This document shows, in pieces, positions 9,697 to 18,658 of a stretch of 64,000 nucleotides of DNA (position 1 is its first letter; the number at the start of each line of letters is the position of its first letter). The notes under the pieces were generated by a model. It saw nothing but the letters and a program-made list of their open reading frames with translations, was not told the DNA's origin and made no database searches. Source of the stretch: an uncultured delta proteobacterium (GTDB lineage Bacteria > Myxococcota_A > Polyangia > Polyangiales > JAFGIB01); NCBI GenBank assembly GCA_963778655.1, contig CAVZVA010000009.1, forward strand, positions 192,001 through 256,000, read 5' to 3'. The translations under genes and the position numbers were made by a program.

Positions 9697-10713
9697 ATGC
9701 ACAAGCAGACGATTGCACGACGAGCGGGAGGGCTGCTGCTTGCCGCGAGTCTCGGCTTGGGTTGCGCCAGCCAGGAGGTCAGCGCGCTGCCCGCACAGGG
9801 CGCGCTGATGGGGCCGTTTCCGGGCGCCGGGACCTCGGGTGCGGGCCAGTCGATCGCCGCGGGCGTCGGCACGGTGAGCTGTGGCAGCAACGGTTCTGCC
9901 TTCAGCAGCGGTCCGGCGCCGGGTGCGCAGGCACACCAGACCTGCTTCTACGACCCCACGACGCCGGCCTATCCCGCCGCCACCGTCGAGTGGATCGTCG
10001 AGACGGCGCAAGACAGCGACGTCGTGCACGTGCGTCTCACCCTCAACCCGAGCTTCTGCGACAACAGCTACGGCGCCAACGCCGTGGGCTGGAACGCAGC
10101 GCCGCCGCCGGCCGCGGGCGCCAAGCCGGGCCACCCGGGCCCGATGGGTCACGGAGGGCACGCGTTCAAGGACCTGGTCGGCAGCGATCATGCGGAATTC
10201 AAGCTCAGCGATGCCAGCGGCCGGCTGGTGCTGCGTTTCAAGCAGGATTATCTATCGCCGAGCGCGGGCACGCCTTCCGGTTACGCCTCGCTCGGCGTCA
10301 GCGGGGGTGACGGCAAGATGCTGTTGGGCGACGCCGCCGACGTGGTCGCGTTCTCCACCTCGCTCGAGCGCAACCTCAACGCGTGCGGGCTCGCCGGCTA
10401 CACCGTGGACTCGCCCGCCACCGACGCTTACTACACGCCCAACCCGAGCGCGAGCGATTGGGACTACCGTGTGGTCTACGACGTGTGGGTGCGTGCGGCG
10501 GTCTTTGGCGCGGCCGGCTTCGGCGACGCCCGCGTCGACTACGTGCACGCCTCACCGAGCAAGGGCGACAACAACACCGTGACCGTTACGCCGGGCAAGT
10601 GCCCGCCCGACTGGCCGCCCTATTGCACCGATCCGGACGCCTGCAACCGCTGCAACGGCAGCGAGTGCAACCCGCCCGCGACGCCCGATGCCGGCCTGGT
10701 GCACCTGATCTGA
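9697..10713 (+). CDS. Hypothetical lipoprotein
   Basis: RBS ggagga, signal ending LGLGC, strong codon bias, short Cys-rich tail. Confidence 0.75.
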   Translation: MHKQTIARRAGGLLLAASLGLGCASQEVSALPAQGALMGPFPGAGTSGAGQSIAAGVGTVSCGSNGSAFSSGPAPGAQAHQTCFYDPTTPAYPAATVEWIVETAQDSDVVHVRLTLNPSFCDNSYGANAVGWNAAPPPAAGAKPGHPGPMGHGGHAFKDLVGSDHAEFKLSDASGRLVLRFKQDYLSPSAGTPSGYASLGVSGGDGKMLLGDAADVVAFSTSLERNLNACGLAGYTVDSPATDAYYTPNPSASDWDYRVVYDVWVRAAVFGAAGFGDARVDYVHASPSKGDNNTVTVTPGKCPPDWPPYCTDPDACNRCNGSECNPPATPDAGLVHLI

Positions 10714-10819
10714 GCGTGCGCCGTTTCAGCTTGCGCGCGCTCGGCGCCGGCGGCGCCATCCTGCTCGGCATCGACCCGGCCAACGCGCGCGGCGCCGCGA
10801 CCGCCTCCCGGGCGCCGTC

Positions 10820-11017
10820 CGGCCGGCGCCAAATGACCGATCGTGATTCGGGAACACCGGAACGACCAGCGGTGATTTGGCGTGCGGCGCAGCCGCACCC
10901 CGGGCGAGGGTGACTGCGCGAGGCTTTGCCTTGCGCAGAGGGAGTCGGCGCGACCCCATCATAACCAAAGGAGAAATCGGAGCTCGTGATTCGATCCCGA
11001 ATCGCGAGCTCTGATTT
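10820..11017 (+). repeat. Dispersed multi-hairpin intergenic element, copy 2
   Basis: Homologous to 1-175 (reverse strand); ends in a 20-bp stem, 10974-10993 with 10998-11017, containing two G-U pairs. Confidence 0.85.
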
Positions 11018-12155
11018 AGCGAAACACCAGCGGTAGGCTGCGGAAACCCGCCAGCACACCCGAGGGTAGCCGGCGTGCGCGCTCCTGGCCCAATCCGACC
11101 CCCTCGAAGCGCGCGAGCACCGCGGACATCGCGGCCCGGGCCTCGAGCCTCGCCAGTGGGGCGCCGATGCAGGTGTGCACGCCGAAGCCGAAGGCGATGT
11201 GCGGGTCGCGCTGGCGCGCGGGGTCGTACAGCTCGGGCTGCTGCCAGCGCGCCGGATCGCGATTGGCCGCGGCCAGGTAGACGATCAGCATGTCGCCCTC
11301 GGCGATGGCTCGGCCGCTCACCTCCGTGTCCTGGCGCGCGCGCCGCATGATCATCTGCGCCGGCGAGTGCAGGCGCAGCGCCTCCTCGATCGCCGGCGCC
11401 AGCAGCGCCGGCTGCTGCTTGAGCTGCGCGAAGCTCTCGGGCTCGTTCGCCAGGCGATGCAGCAGGCTGCCGAGCAGGTTGGTGGTGGTCTCGTTGCCGG
11501 CGACCAGCAGCAGAATGGCAAAACCGACGATCTCGTCGTCGGAGAGCTGAACGCCGGCGTCGTCGGCGCGCGCCAGCGCGCTCATCAGATCGCTGCCGGG
11601 CGCCTGCTTGCGCCGGGCCAGCTCGCCGAGGAAGAACTCGCGCAGCTCCCGCATGCTGTGCGCGCGCTCCGGGCTGAGCGGTCCGCCCATCAAGCCGGTG
11701 ATCGCGTCCGACCAGCGCTTGAAGCGCTCGCGGTCGGCCTCTGGGATGCCCAGCATGCGCGCGATCACCGTCACTGGCAGCGGGCTGGTCAGCGCCGCCA
11801 CGATGTCGACCTCGGACCCGGGCTCGATGCGTGCCACCAGCTCCGCGGCGAGCGCCTCGATCTCCGGCCGCATGGCTTCTATCCGGCCCGGGGTGAAGGC
11901 CTTGCTCACCAGCCCGCGCAGGCTGGCGTGGCGCGGCGGATCGTCGGTCAGCAGCGGCAGGCGGAATTCGTCGGCGCCCATCGCGCGCGAGGAGAAGCGC
12001 GCGTGATCGAGCAGTACCTCGCGCGCGTCCGCGTAGCGGCTGACCACCCAGAATCCGGCCTCGTCCTTGTACAGCGGCGCCTCCTGATGGAGGCGCGGGA
12101 TGAAGGCATCGCGGTTGCGGTTGCGAACGCCTTCTTGAAAGCGCAGTGACGACAT
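11016..12155 (-). CDS. Cytochrome P450
   Basis: DPPRH, AGNETT (I-helix), EEALR (ExxR), FGFGVHTCIG (heme Cys). Confidence 0.95.
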   Translation of the reverse strand: MSSLRFQEGVRNRNRDAFIPRLHQEAPLYKDEAGFWVVSRYADAREVLLDHARFSSRAMGADEFRLPLLTDDPPRHASLRGLVSKAFTPGRIEAMRPEIEALAAELVARIEPGSEVDIVAALTSPLPVTVIARMLGIPEADRERFKRWSDAITGLMGGPLSPERAHSMRELREFFLGELARRKQAPGSDLMSALARADDAGVQLSDDEIVGFAILLLVAGNETTTNLLGSLLHRLANEPESFAQLKQQPALLAPAIEEALRLHSPAQMIMRRARQDTEVSGRAIAEGDMLIVYLAAANRDPARWQQPELYDPARQRDPHIAFGFGVHTCIGAPLARLEARAAMSAVLARFEGVGLGQERARRLPSGVLAGFRSLPLVFR

Positions 12156-12339
12156 CGACAGCTCCCGTTCGGTGTTGACCGTACGGTGTATAGCGCAGCG
12201 CCGCCCCTGCTGTCGAGCGGCTGCCTCCGGCAGGGGCTTTTCGCGCGGGTCCGGCGTCGTGCTATCTCGAGCGCGTCGTGAACGTGAGCGAGGCGGTGCG
12301 GGCCGTGTGCCGTTCGTTTCCCGAGGCCGAGGAGCGTGC

Positions 12340-12426
12340 GACTGGAAGGAAGTTCGCGCGCTCGCGCTGACCAGCTACCGCCACTTCGCGCGCAAGCGCA
12401 TGCTCCGCGCGCTCGACGATTTGTGA
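12340..12426 (+). pseudogene. Possible 3-prime remnant of an MmcQ/YjbR-family gene
   Basis: DWKEVRALALTSYRHFARKRMLRALDDL* resembles the MmcQ/YjbR C-terminus; upstream frame is not recognisable. Confidence 0.45.
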
Positions 12427-12637
12427 GCGCCCGCTGCGGCGCCGCGGCTCGAGCCGGTCAGGGGGGACACCCGCATGACCCGTGCCGCCTGTGCCGGCTT
12501 GGGTTCCGCCCCGTCCGGCTGCGCCTGGGGCCGCGCCCCCTGCGCGCCCGCCCGGGCTCCCGCTTGCCGCGCCCCGCTTGCGCTCGGCGGGCGCTTCGGG
12601 CATAGCGGCGGCAAGCGGTCAGACGAGGATCAAACCC

Positions 12638-13024
12638 ATGGCTTGGATTCAAGAGTTCAAAGCGTTCGCGCTCAAGGGCAATGCGGTCGAGCTCGCGGTG
12701 GGTGTGGTGGTCGGCGGCGCGTTCGGCAAGATCGTCAGCGCGCTGGTCGACGACCTGATCATGCCGGTGGTTGGGGCTCTGCTGCCGGGCGAGGGCTGGC
12801 GCGGGTACACCGTGAGCCCGCTGCACTTCAAGATCGGCCACTTGGTCGGCGCGCTGCTCGACTTCCTGATCGTCTCTGCGGTGTTGTTCCTGGTGGTCAA
12901 CAAGCTGATGGGCGCGCTCAAGCGGGCGGAGCCGGCGCCCGCCACCAAGAGCTGCCCTGAATGCCTGGAGAAGATCCCGGCCGCGGCCAAGCGCTGCCGC
13001 GCCTGCACCGCCGTCTTGAGCTGA
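12638..13024 (+). CDS. mscL: Large-conductance mechanosensitive channel with C-terminal zinc ribbon
   Basis: EFKAFALKGNAVELAVGVVVGGAFGKIVSALVDDLIMP; tail CPECLEKIPAAAKRCRAC; RBS gagga. Confidence 0.93.
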   Translation: MAWIQEFKAFALKGNAVELAVGVVVGGAFGKIVSALVDDLIMPVVGALLPGEGWRGYTVSPLHFKIGHLVGALLDFLIVSAVLFLVVNKLMGALKRAEPAPATKSCPECLEKIPAAAKRCRACTAVLS

Positions 13025-13150
13025 CCGCCGCGACTCGGCCAAGCCTCGCCTGCGCGAGCCGCGTTCTCACCCGCCGCGGCCCAGCGACCGCGAACGTAAG
13101 GCGCTGGCGTGCACGCGACCGATAAACGCCTCGCCTCATCAGGGACGGCG

Positions 13151-16100
13151 CTACCCCGCGCACAGCGGGCGCGCGGCCTCTACCAGCCACACCATGCCCA
13201 GCTCCTCGGCCGTCTGGCTCGCGGCTCGCGCGAGCTCCCGCGAGCGATCGAGCGCCGCCTGTTCTCCGAGCTGCTCGAGCCAGCGCGCGTACTCGTAGCG
13301 CGCGCGCGCCAGATACGGCCGCTGCCCGATGCGCTCGTTCATCTCCAGCGCGGCCTCGAAGTGCTGCTCGGCCTGCTCTTCCCACCCCAGGCACGCCGCC
13401 AGCAGCCCGAGGTAGAGCGAGACCGACCCGTCGTAGAGCAACATCGCATCGGGCGTGTTGTGGCCCGGATAGGGCGAGAGCAGCGCGTACAGGCGCTCCG
13501 ACCGCGGCCGGTCCCCGAGCCGCGCTGCCACTCGCGCCAGGCAGGAGAGCGTGTTGAGGTAGGCGATCTCCTTGGGGATGCGCTCGAACCCCTGCGCGTC
13601 GAAGGCCTCCAGCACCGTGCGCGCCACCTCCGTTTGGCCGGCCAGGACGGCGCTGCGCGCCAGCTGCGCGCGCATGTTCGGCCGCGTGCCGGCCACCGCG
13701 GCCAGCATCAGCGAGAAGTCCCAGCCCGCGGCCAGCGCCGCCAGGCCGTGGCGGTCGGCGCTCAAGCGCGTCTGCTGCACGTCGATGAAGGAGGGCCCGT
13801 AGCTCAGACCCATGCGCGCGCTGCGGGCGCGCAGCTCGGCAGCCATGCTCTCGGCCACCGCAAAGTCGCCGTCGAGCAGGTGCCGCTGCGCCTTGAGGCG
13901 GTCGTGGTACCACACCGCCTCGGGCAGGCGCAGGCGCTGGGCCGTCTGCCCGAACGCGGCGAGCGCGGCGTCCGCCCCCGCCATGTCCCCGCGGTGCAGC
14001 AGGGCGGCGACGCGCGCACTGTAGGCCTCGGCGGTGTACCAGCTCGCGCGCCCGCGCTCGAGCTCGAGCAGCTCGTCGGTGACCTTGAGCAGCGCGTCGA
14101 TGTCGTCGGGCCCCGACAGCGAGTAGAGCCGCGCGCGCAACGCCTCGAACAGGCTGGAACGCTCCCCCAGCGTGCGCGCCAGCTCCAGTGCCCGCCCGCT
14201 GAAGTCCTTGCTCTTCTGCATGTCGTCGGCGTACGGCGGCATGCACGCCAGCAAGGCCAACGCGCTCACGCGCTCGTGACTGGGACCCTCGGGCGTGATG
14301 CGCAAGACATCCTCGAGCGCGTCGCGCAGCGCCGGATCGGGCACCGAGCTCATGGCGAAGGTGGGCCGCAGCACGCGCGCGACCCGCACCAGCACGTCGC
14401 CGAAGCCGTGCAGGCGCGAGAGCTCGAGCGTGCGCAGCAGGGTTTCTCGTGCCGGCCGATCGCGGCCCGCCAGGCGCTGCGCGTTGGCACAGCGCAACAG
14501 CAGCACGGCGCGCTCGTGCGGCCTGGCGGAAGGGTCGAACGCCTGCGCCTCCAGTGCCCACTCGTAGAACGTGACCGCGTCTTCGTAAGCGAACACGGCC
14601 TCCGCCGCCGCGGCTGCGCGCTGCGCCGCCGCGGTGATGCGATCGTAGCCGCCGGCCGGCAGCGAGCGGTAGTAGTGGTGCGCGATCTCGCTGTGCCGCG
14701 GCTCGACCGGATGCAGCGCCTCGAGCGCTTCGGCCGTGCGCCGGTGCAAGGCCACGCGCTCCGCGGTCGGCAGCGCGTCGTACAGCACCGAGCGCTGCAG
14801 CGCGTGGGGGAACGCGTAGCGCTCGGGGGTCTCGGCCTCGAGCAGGCCGTTGCGGGTCGCCGCTTCGACCATGTCGAGCAAGTCGGCGAGCGGCTCGCCC
14901 GATACGCTCTGCAGCAGCGACAGGTCGAAGCTCTCGCCGAGCACGCTGGCTTGCGCCAGCAGCGCGCGCGCGCCCTCGTCGATCGACTGCAGGCGCAGCC
15001 GCAACACGTCGCGGGCGACGTCAGGGGTCTTGATCGCGGTGGCGGCGAGCGTGCCCAGGCCGCTGGCGCCGTGCTCGGCGATCAGGACGCGCAACGTCTC
15101 CTGCAAGAACAGCGGATTGCCCGCGCTGGCGCGCTGCACCGCCGCCGAGAGCTGCTCGGGCGGATCGCCGCTGGCGGTCACCTCCGCGATGTAGCGGCCC
15201 ACGTCGCCGGTGGTCAGGCGTGCCAGATCGAAACGTTCGGCGTGGCGCATCAGCCGTGCCAGCCGTCGTGCCGCCCGATCGGAGGACTCGTCGCGATCGG
15301 TCGCCACCACCAGTAGCCCCGAGCGGGGCAGCTCCGGGGCGAGGAATCCGAGCAGATTGACGCTGCCCGCGTCCGCCCATTGCAAGTCGTCGAGCACCAG
15401 CAGAGCCGGGCTCGCGCGGGTCGCTTCCAGCATCAGGCGCGTGATCGCGTCGAGCAGCCAGAAACGGTCGGCATGGACGCGTTCGTCGCCTTCCTCGTCG
15501 CCAGCGGGATTGTGGGGCTCGAGCGCGAGCAGGCGGGTCATCAGCGGGTCGCCGACCTCGTGCAGCTCCGGGCGCTCGTGGAGCATTTCGCGCAAGATCT
15601 GGATGAAGGGCCAGAACACCGGCGCACCGCTGCCCTCGCTGGCGCGGCCGATCCACGCCTGCACGCCGGCCTCCCGCGCGTACGCGATCAGCTCCTCGGC
15701 ACAGCGCGTCTTGCCGATGCCGGCCTCGCCGCACAGCAGACACAGCCCCCCCTGGCCTGCGCGCGCCTGCTCGAGGTGCGCTTGCAGCCGCTGCATCAGG
15801 GCGTCCCGCCCGACGAAGGGACGTGGCGGCGTGGTCAGGGCCGAGGCGGGCCGTGGCGCTTCCGGCCGCTGGCTGGCCGCGCTGGGAGGCGCTTCCAGCG
15901 TCTCGACCTCGGCAGTGAAGCGGTAGCCGCGGCCGTGGATGGTCTCGATCGGGTGCTTCTGCCCGCGCTGCTGGCCCAGGGCGTTGCGCACGTGGCTGAT
16001 GCTCCAGGGCACGGCCGAGTCGTTGACGTGCTCACCGGGCCACAGCGCGTCGAGCAGCTCCTCCTTGGAGACCACCCGGTCGCGGTGCTCGATCAGGTAG

Positions 16101-16204
16101 CGCAGCACATCGAAGACCTTGGGCTGCAGCGGCAGCTCGCGGTCGCCGCGCCGCAGCACGTAGGCCGCGACGTCGAGCTCGATGTCGGCGAAACGATGGC
16201 GCAC
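13151..16204 (-). CDS. Winged-helix / AAA ATPase / TPR-like transcriptional regulator (STAND-like)
   Basis: N-terminal wHTH (VVSKEELLDALW, IETIHGRGYRF), FVGR, Walker A GEAGIGKT, Walker B LLVLDDLQWAD, helical C-terminus. Confidence 0.85.
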   Translation of the reverse strand: MRHRFADIELDVAAYVLRRGDRELPLQPKVFDVLRYLIEHRDRVVSKEELLDALWPGEHVNDSAVPWSISHVRNALGQQRGQKHPIETIHGRGYRFTAEVETLEAPPSAASQRPEAPRPASALTTPPRPFVGRDALMQRLQAHLEQARAGQGGLCLLCGEAGIGKTRCAEELIAYAREAGVQAWIGRASEGSGAPVFWPFIQILREMLHERPELHEVGDPLMTRLLALEPHNPAGDEEGDERVHADRFWLLDAITRLMLEATRASPALLVLDDLQWADAGSVNLLGFLAPELPRSGLLVVATDRDESSDRAARRLARLMRHAERFDLARLTTGDVGRYIAEVTASGDPPEQLSAAVQRASAGNPLFLQETLRVLIAEHGASGLGTLAATAIKTPDVARDVLRLRLQSIDEGARALLAQASVLGESFDLSLLQSVSGEPLADLLDMVEAATRNGLLEAETPERYAFPHALQRSVLYDALPTAERVALHRRTAEALEALHPVEPRHSEIAHHYYRSLPAGGYDRITAAAQRAAAAAEAVFAYEDAVTFYEWALEAQAFDPSARPHERAVLLLRCANAQRLAGRDRPARETLLRTLELSRLHGFGDVLVRVARVLRPTFAMSSVPDPALRDALEDVLRITPEGPSHERVSALALLACMPPYADDMQKSKDFSGRALELARTLGERSSLFEALRARLYSLSGPDDIDALLKVTDELLELERGRASWYTAEAYSARVAALLHRGDMAGADAALAAFGQTAQRLRLPEAVWYHDRLKAQRHLLDGDFAVAESMAAELRARSARMGLSYGPSFIDVQQTRLSADRHGLAALAAGWDFSLMLAAVAGTRPNMRAQLARSAVLAGQTEVARTVLEAFDAQGFERIPKEIAYLNTLSCLARVAARLGDRPRSERLYALLSPYPGHNTPDAMLLYDGSVSLYLGLLAACLGWEEQAEQHFEAALEMNERIGQRPYLARARYEYARWLEQLGEQAALDRSRELARAASQTAEELGMVWLVEAARPLCAG

Positions 16205-16598
16205 CTGACGAATCTAGCTGTCGCCTGAGATCCCCGCAATTGTCGCGTGGTATGGTAAGCCGTTGCGCCAGGGAATGGCGAGCATTTGGCTGTCCGAGGC
16301 CTGGCGCCGTCCCGGCGCGGACGCTGCCGGCCGCCGTTGGGTTGGTCGCGGCACGCGGGCGTACCGGCTCGAGCCGCGGCCGAGCGTGGACCGCACGCGC
16401 CTGACCTGAGCCGGGGCGGCGCCGGCCGCCTTTCCTCACGGCGCGGGCGCGCTCAGGGCGTTGTGCGACCTCGAACCCCAGGGAGCTACAGAGCGTTCCT
16501 ACGGCCGCGCCGGCATCGGACGGCGGAGCCCGAGACGCCGTTCTGATCGAGCCCACGGCCTGCAGAAATCCAACCGCGAGAGATTGGGAGCGGCAGTG

Positions 16599-17192
16599 TT
16601 AGCCGGGGCTGGCGCCCTTGCTCGACAGGGCGCGCAGCGGGGAGCCCTCGTCGTTCCACAGCTGCCGCAGCGCGTGCATCAGGCACTGCTGCATCAGCAG
16701 CCCTGCGATGCGCCGGTTCGCCGGCAGGCGTTGCTCGATCTCCTCGCTCAGTGCCGCGAACAACGGCGCGCCGGGCGTCGCGGCCAGGTCGATCACCAGC
16801 GGCTGTGTCAGGCCGTCGAAAAGCGCGGGAGCGCCCTCCGCGGCCGCCCGCACGCGCGCGCACACCACCACCAGGCCCGGAGCGCCGCGTCCCACGATCA
16901 GCTTGGGGATGTGATCGGACTGGCGCGCGGAATCGACCGAGAGCGAGCGCGCGCCGCCGCCTAGCGGTTCCAGCACGTGCGCGCAGCCGATCGGCACCAG
17001 CGCGAGCGTGGCCGGCGCGAGCGCGGCGCGAAACCCGCCGGCAGTGCACAGCGTGCCACGGCCGCCGGTCACGCAATGCAGGTGCAGCTCCGAAGGCGGC
17101 GGCAGCTCGACGCGGGTGTCGCTGCGCACGTCGCACAACGCAAAAGGCGACACCTCGAGCCCAGCGCGATCGAGAAGGCGGTCCAGCAGCAC
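16599..17192 (-). CDS. AraC-type N-terminal cupin domain protein lacking the HTH
   Basis: [11 protein letters not shown]...[12 protein letters not shown]...VVVCARV...[11 protein letters not shown]...[13 protein letters not shown], then a stop where the HTH would start. Confidence 0.65.
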   Translation of the reverse strand: MLLDRLLDRAGLEVSPFALCDVRSDTRVELPPPSELHLHCVTGGRGTLCTAGGFRAALAPATLALVPIGCAHVLEPLGGGARSLSVDSARQSDHIPKLIVGRGAPGLVVVCARVRAAAEGAPALFDGLTQPLVIDLAATPGAPLFAALSEEIEQRLPANRRIAGLLMQQCLMHALRQLWNDEGSPLRALSSKGASPG

Positions 17193-17358
17193 GCGGCGAT
17201 AGTGGCGGATGCCGTCAGGCGACTCAAGCGTTCACGCGACGGGGCGCAGGTTTTTCGTTGGCGTCGTCGCCGTTGGGAGCTCCCGCGTGCGCGCGAGCCA
17301 CTGTCAACGCGAGCGTGCCGAAGCCGACCGCCGTCACCGCCGCGCTGCCGCGCCTCCC

Positions 17359-17447
17359 ACTCGGGTTTCGCCGTCTTGCGGATAGCGCGGGACGGCCTGA
17401 GACACGCTGGCCGAGCGAAGGCGAGCGCAAGAGGGTCAAACCCGAGT
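17359..17447. repeat. 89-bp element with 22-bp imperfect terminal inverted repeats (MITE/REP-like)
   Basis: actcgggtttcgccgtcttgcg vs reverse complement of the right end actcgggtttgaccctcttgcg (19/22). Confidence 0.65.
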
Positions 17448-18154
17448 CAGAAGGGAATCGGCTTGCCGTCGCGGAAGAAGCCGCCCGAAGGGCCGTTGTC
17501 GGGCAGGGTCGCGGCCCACACGATGCCCGCGATCCCTTGCTCCAGGCTGCGCGCGGCTCCCGGACCGCCCATGTCCGTGCGCACCCACCCCGGGCACACC
17601 GAGTTGACCTTGACGTTCGGATCCGCTTCGGCGTGGAAGATGCGGGTCAGCGCGTTGAGCGCCGCCTTGGACACGCGGTAGGCGGGCGAGCCCCCGTTCA
17701 TCTCGGTGATGCCGCCCATGCCGGAGGAGACGTTGACCACGCGGCCGTAGCCGGCGCGGTTCATCTGCGGCAGGAAGATGCGGGTCAGGCGGTAGGCGCC
17801 CAGGGTGTTGGTGTCGAAGGCCCGCGCCAGCATCTCGGCGGGCACCGCCGTGGTGCTCGAGTCGCCCGGGCTGTCGAACATCGCACCGGCGTTGTTGATC
17901 AGCACGTCGAGACTGCCGAGCCGGCTCTTGACCAGCGCCGCAAAGGTTTCGACGCTCGCCTCGCTGGAGACGTCGAGCGTGGCGCTGATCACGTCCAGAC
18001 CCTGCGCCTGCAGCTCGCGCGCCGCGTCTTGCGCCGCGCCCTCGGTGCGCGCGGCCAGCAGCACACGATAGCCGCGTCGTGCCAGCTCGCGGCCAGTGGC
18101 GAGGCCGAGGCCGCGGTTGGCCCCGGTCACTGCGGCGATACGTTGAGTCGTCAT
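17447..18154 (-). CDS. SDR-family oxidoreductase (carbonyl-reductase-like)
   Basis: [34 protein letters not shown]. Confidence 0.93.
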   Translation of the reverse strand: MTTQRIAAVTGANRGLGLATGRELARRGYRVLLAARTEGAAQDAARELQAQGLDVISATLDVSSEASVETFAALVKSRLGSLDVLINNAGAMFDSPGDSSTTAVPAEMLARAFDTNTLGAYRLTRIFLPQMNRAGYGRVVNVSSGMGGITEMNGGSPAYRVSKAALNALTRIFHAEADPNVKVNSVCPGWVRTDMGGPGAARSLEQGIAGIVWAATLPDNGPSGGFFRDGKPIPF

Positions 18155-18165
18155 CCCGTCCTCCC

Positions 18166-18525
18166 TCATTCGATAATGAGCATGCCGGACACCATCTTGT
18201 TCATGGCGCAGCCGTACTTGACCCGGCCGCTCTTGTTCGGCGTGAACGCCACGGTCACCGGCGTGTCGAGCGGCAGATCGGTGTGGATGTTGTACTCGTC
18301 GATCACGATCGCTCGCGCGCAGGTCGCGTCGGTCTTGCGCGTGATCACCAGCTTGAGCGGCTCGCCCTTCTTGACCTCGATCTGGCTGGGCTCGAAGCCG
18401 TCCTCGGTCACCGACATCAGCACCGTGCCCTTGGGGGGCTTGTTGCAGCCGAGCGCGAAGACCGCGCAGGCTGAGCACACCCCGAGCGCCGCCGCCATCA
18501 CCCACGCTGCGCGCATCGATTGCAT
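18166..18525 (-). CDS. Cupredoxin-domain periplasmic protein
   Basis: Signal/lipobox, [15 protein letters not shown]-terminal YGCAMNKM. Confidence 0.85.
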   Translation of the reverse strand: MQSMRAAWVMAAALGVCSACAVFALGCNKPPKGTVLMSVTEDGFEPSQIEVKKGEPLKLVITRKTDATCARAIVIDEYNIHTDLPLDTPVTVAFTPNKSGRVKYGCAMNKMVSGMLIIE

Positions 18526-18658
18526 GGCATCTCCGACTCCGGCTCGATCGACCTGTGGTGAGCCGGGCGCCCAACTATAGCCCGCTGCCGGGGCACGGGC
18601 ACGAGCGTCGCCTGCGCGGCCCCGCCGCGGCAGCTGGCTGGGTGCCGGCCAAACGCGC

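Noticed and set aside
11016..12155. P450 as part of a biosynthetic gene cluster
   Set aside because: No PKS, NRPS, terpene or RiPP genes and no ferredoxin nearby.
13109..15316. Long antisense or alternate-frame ORFs (e.g. 13109-15316 +, 43238-45994 -, 54161-56626 -, 57669-59924 +)
   Set aside because: Shadow ORFs typical of high-GC DNA: Arg/Ala-rich, no motifs, overlapping well-supported genes.
17224..17345. Short minus-strand ORF with a signal-peptide-like stretch ([20 protein letters not shown])
   Set aside because: No convincing start or RBS, and its upstream part runs through the TIR element.
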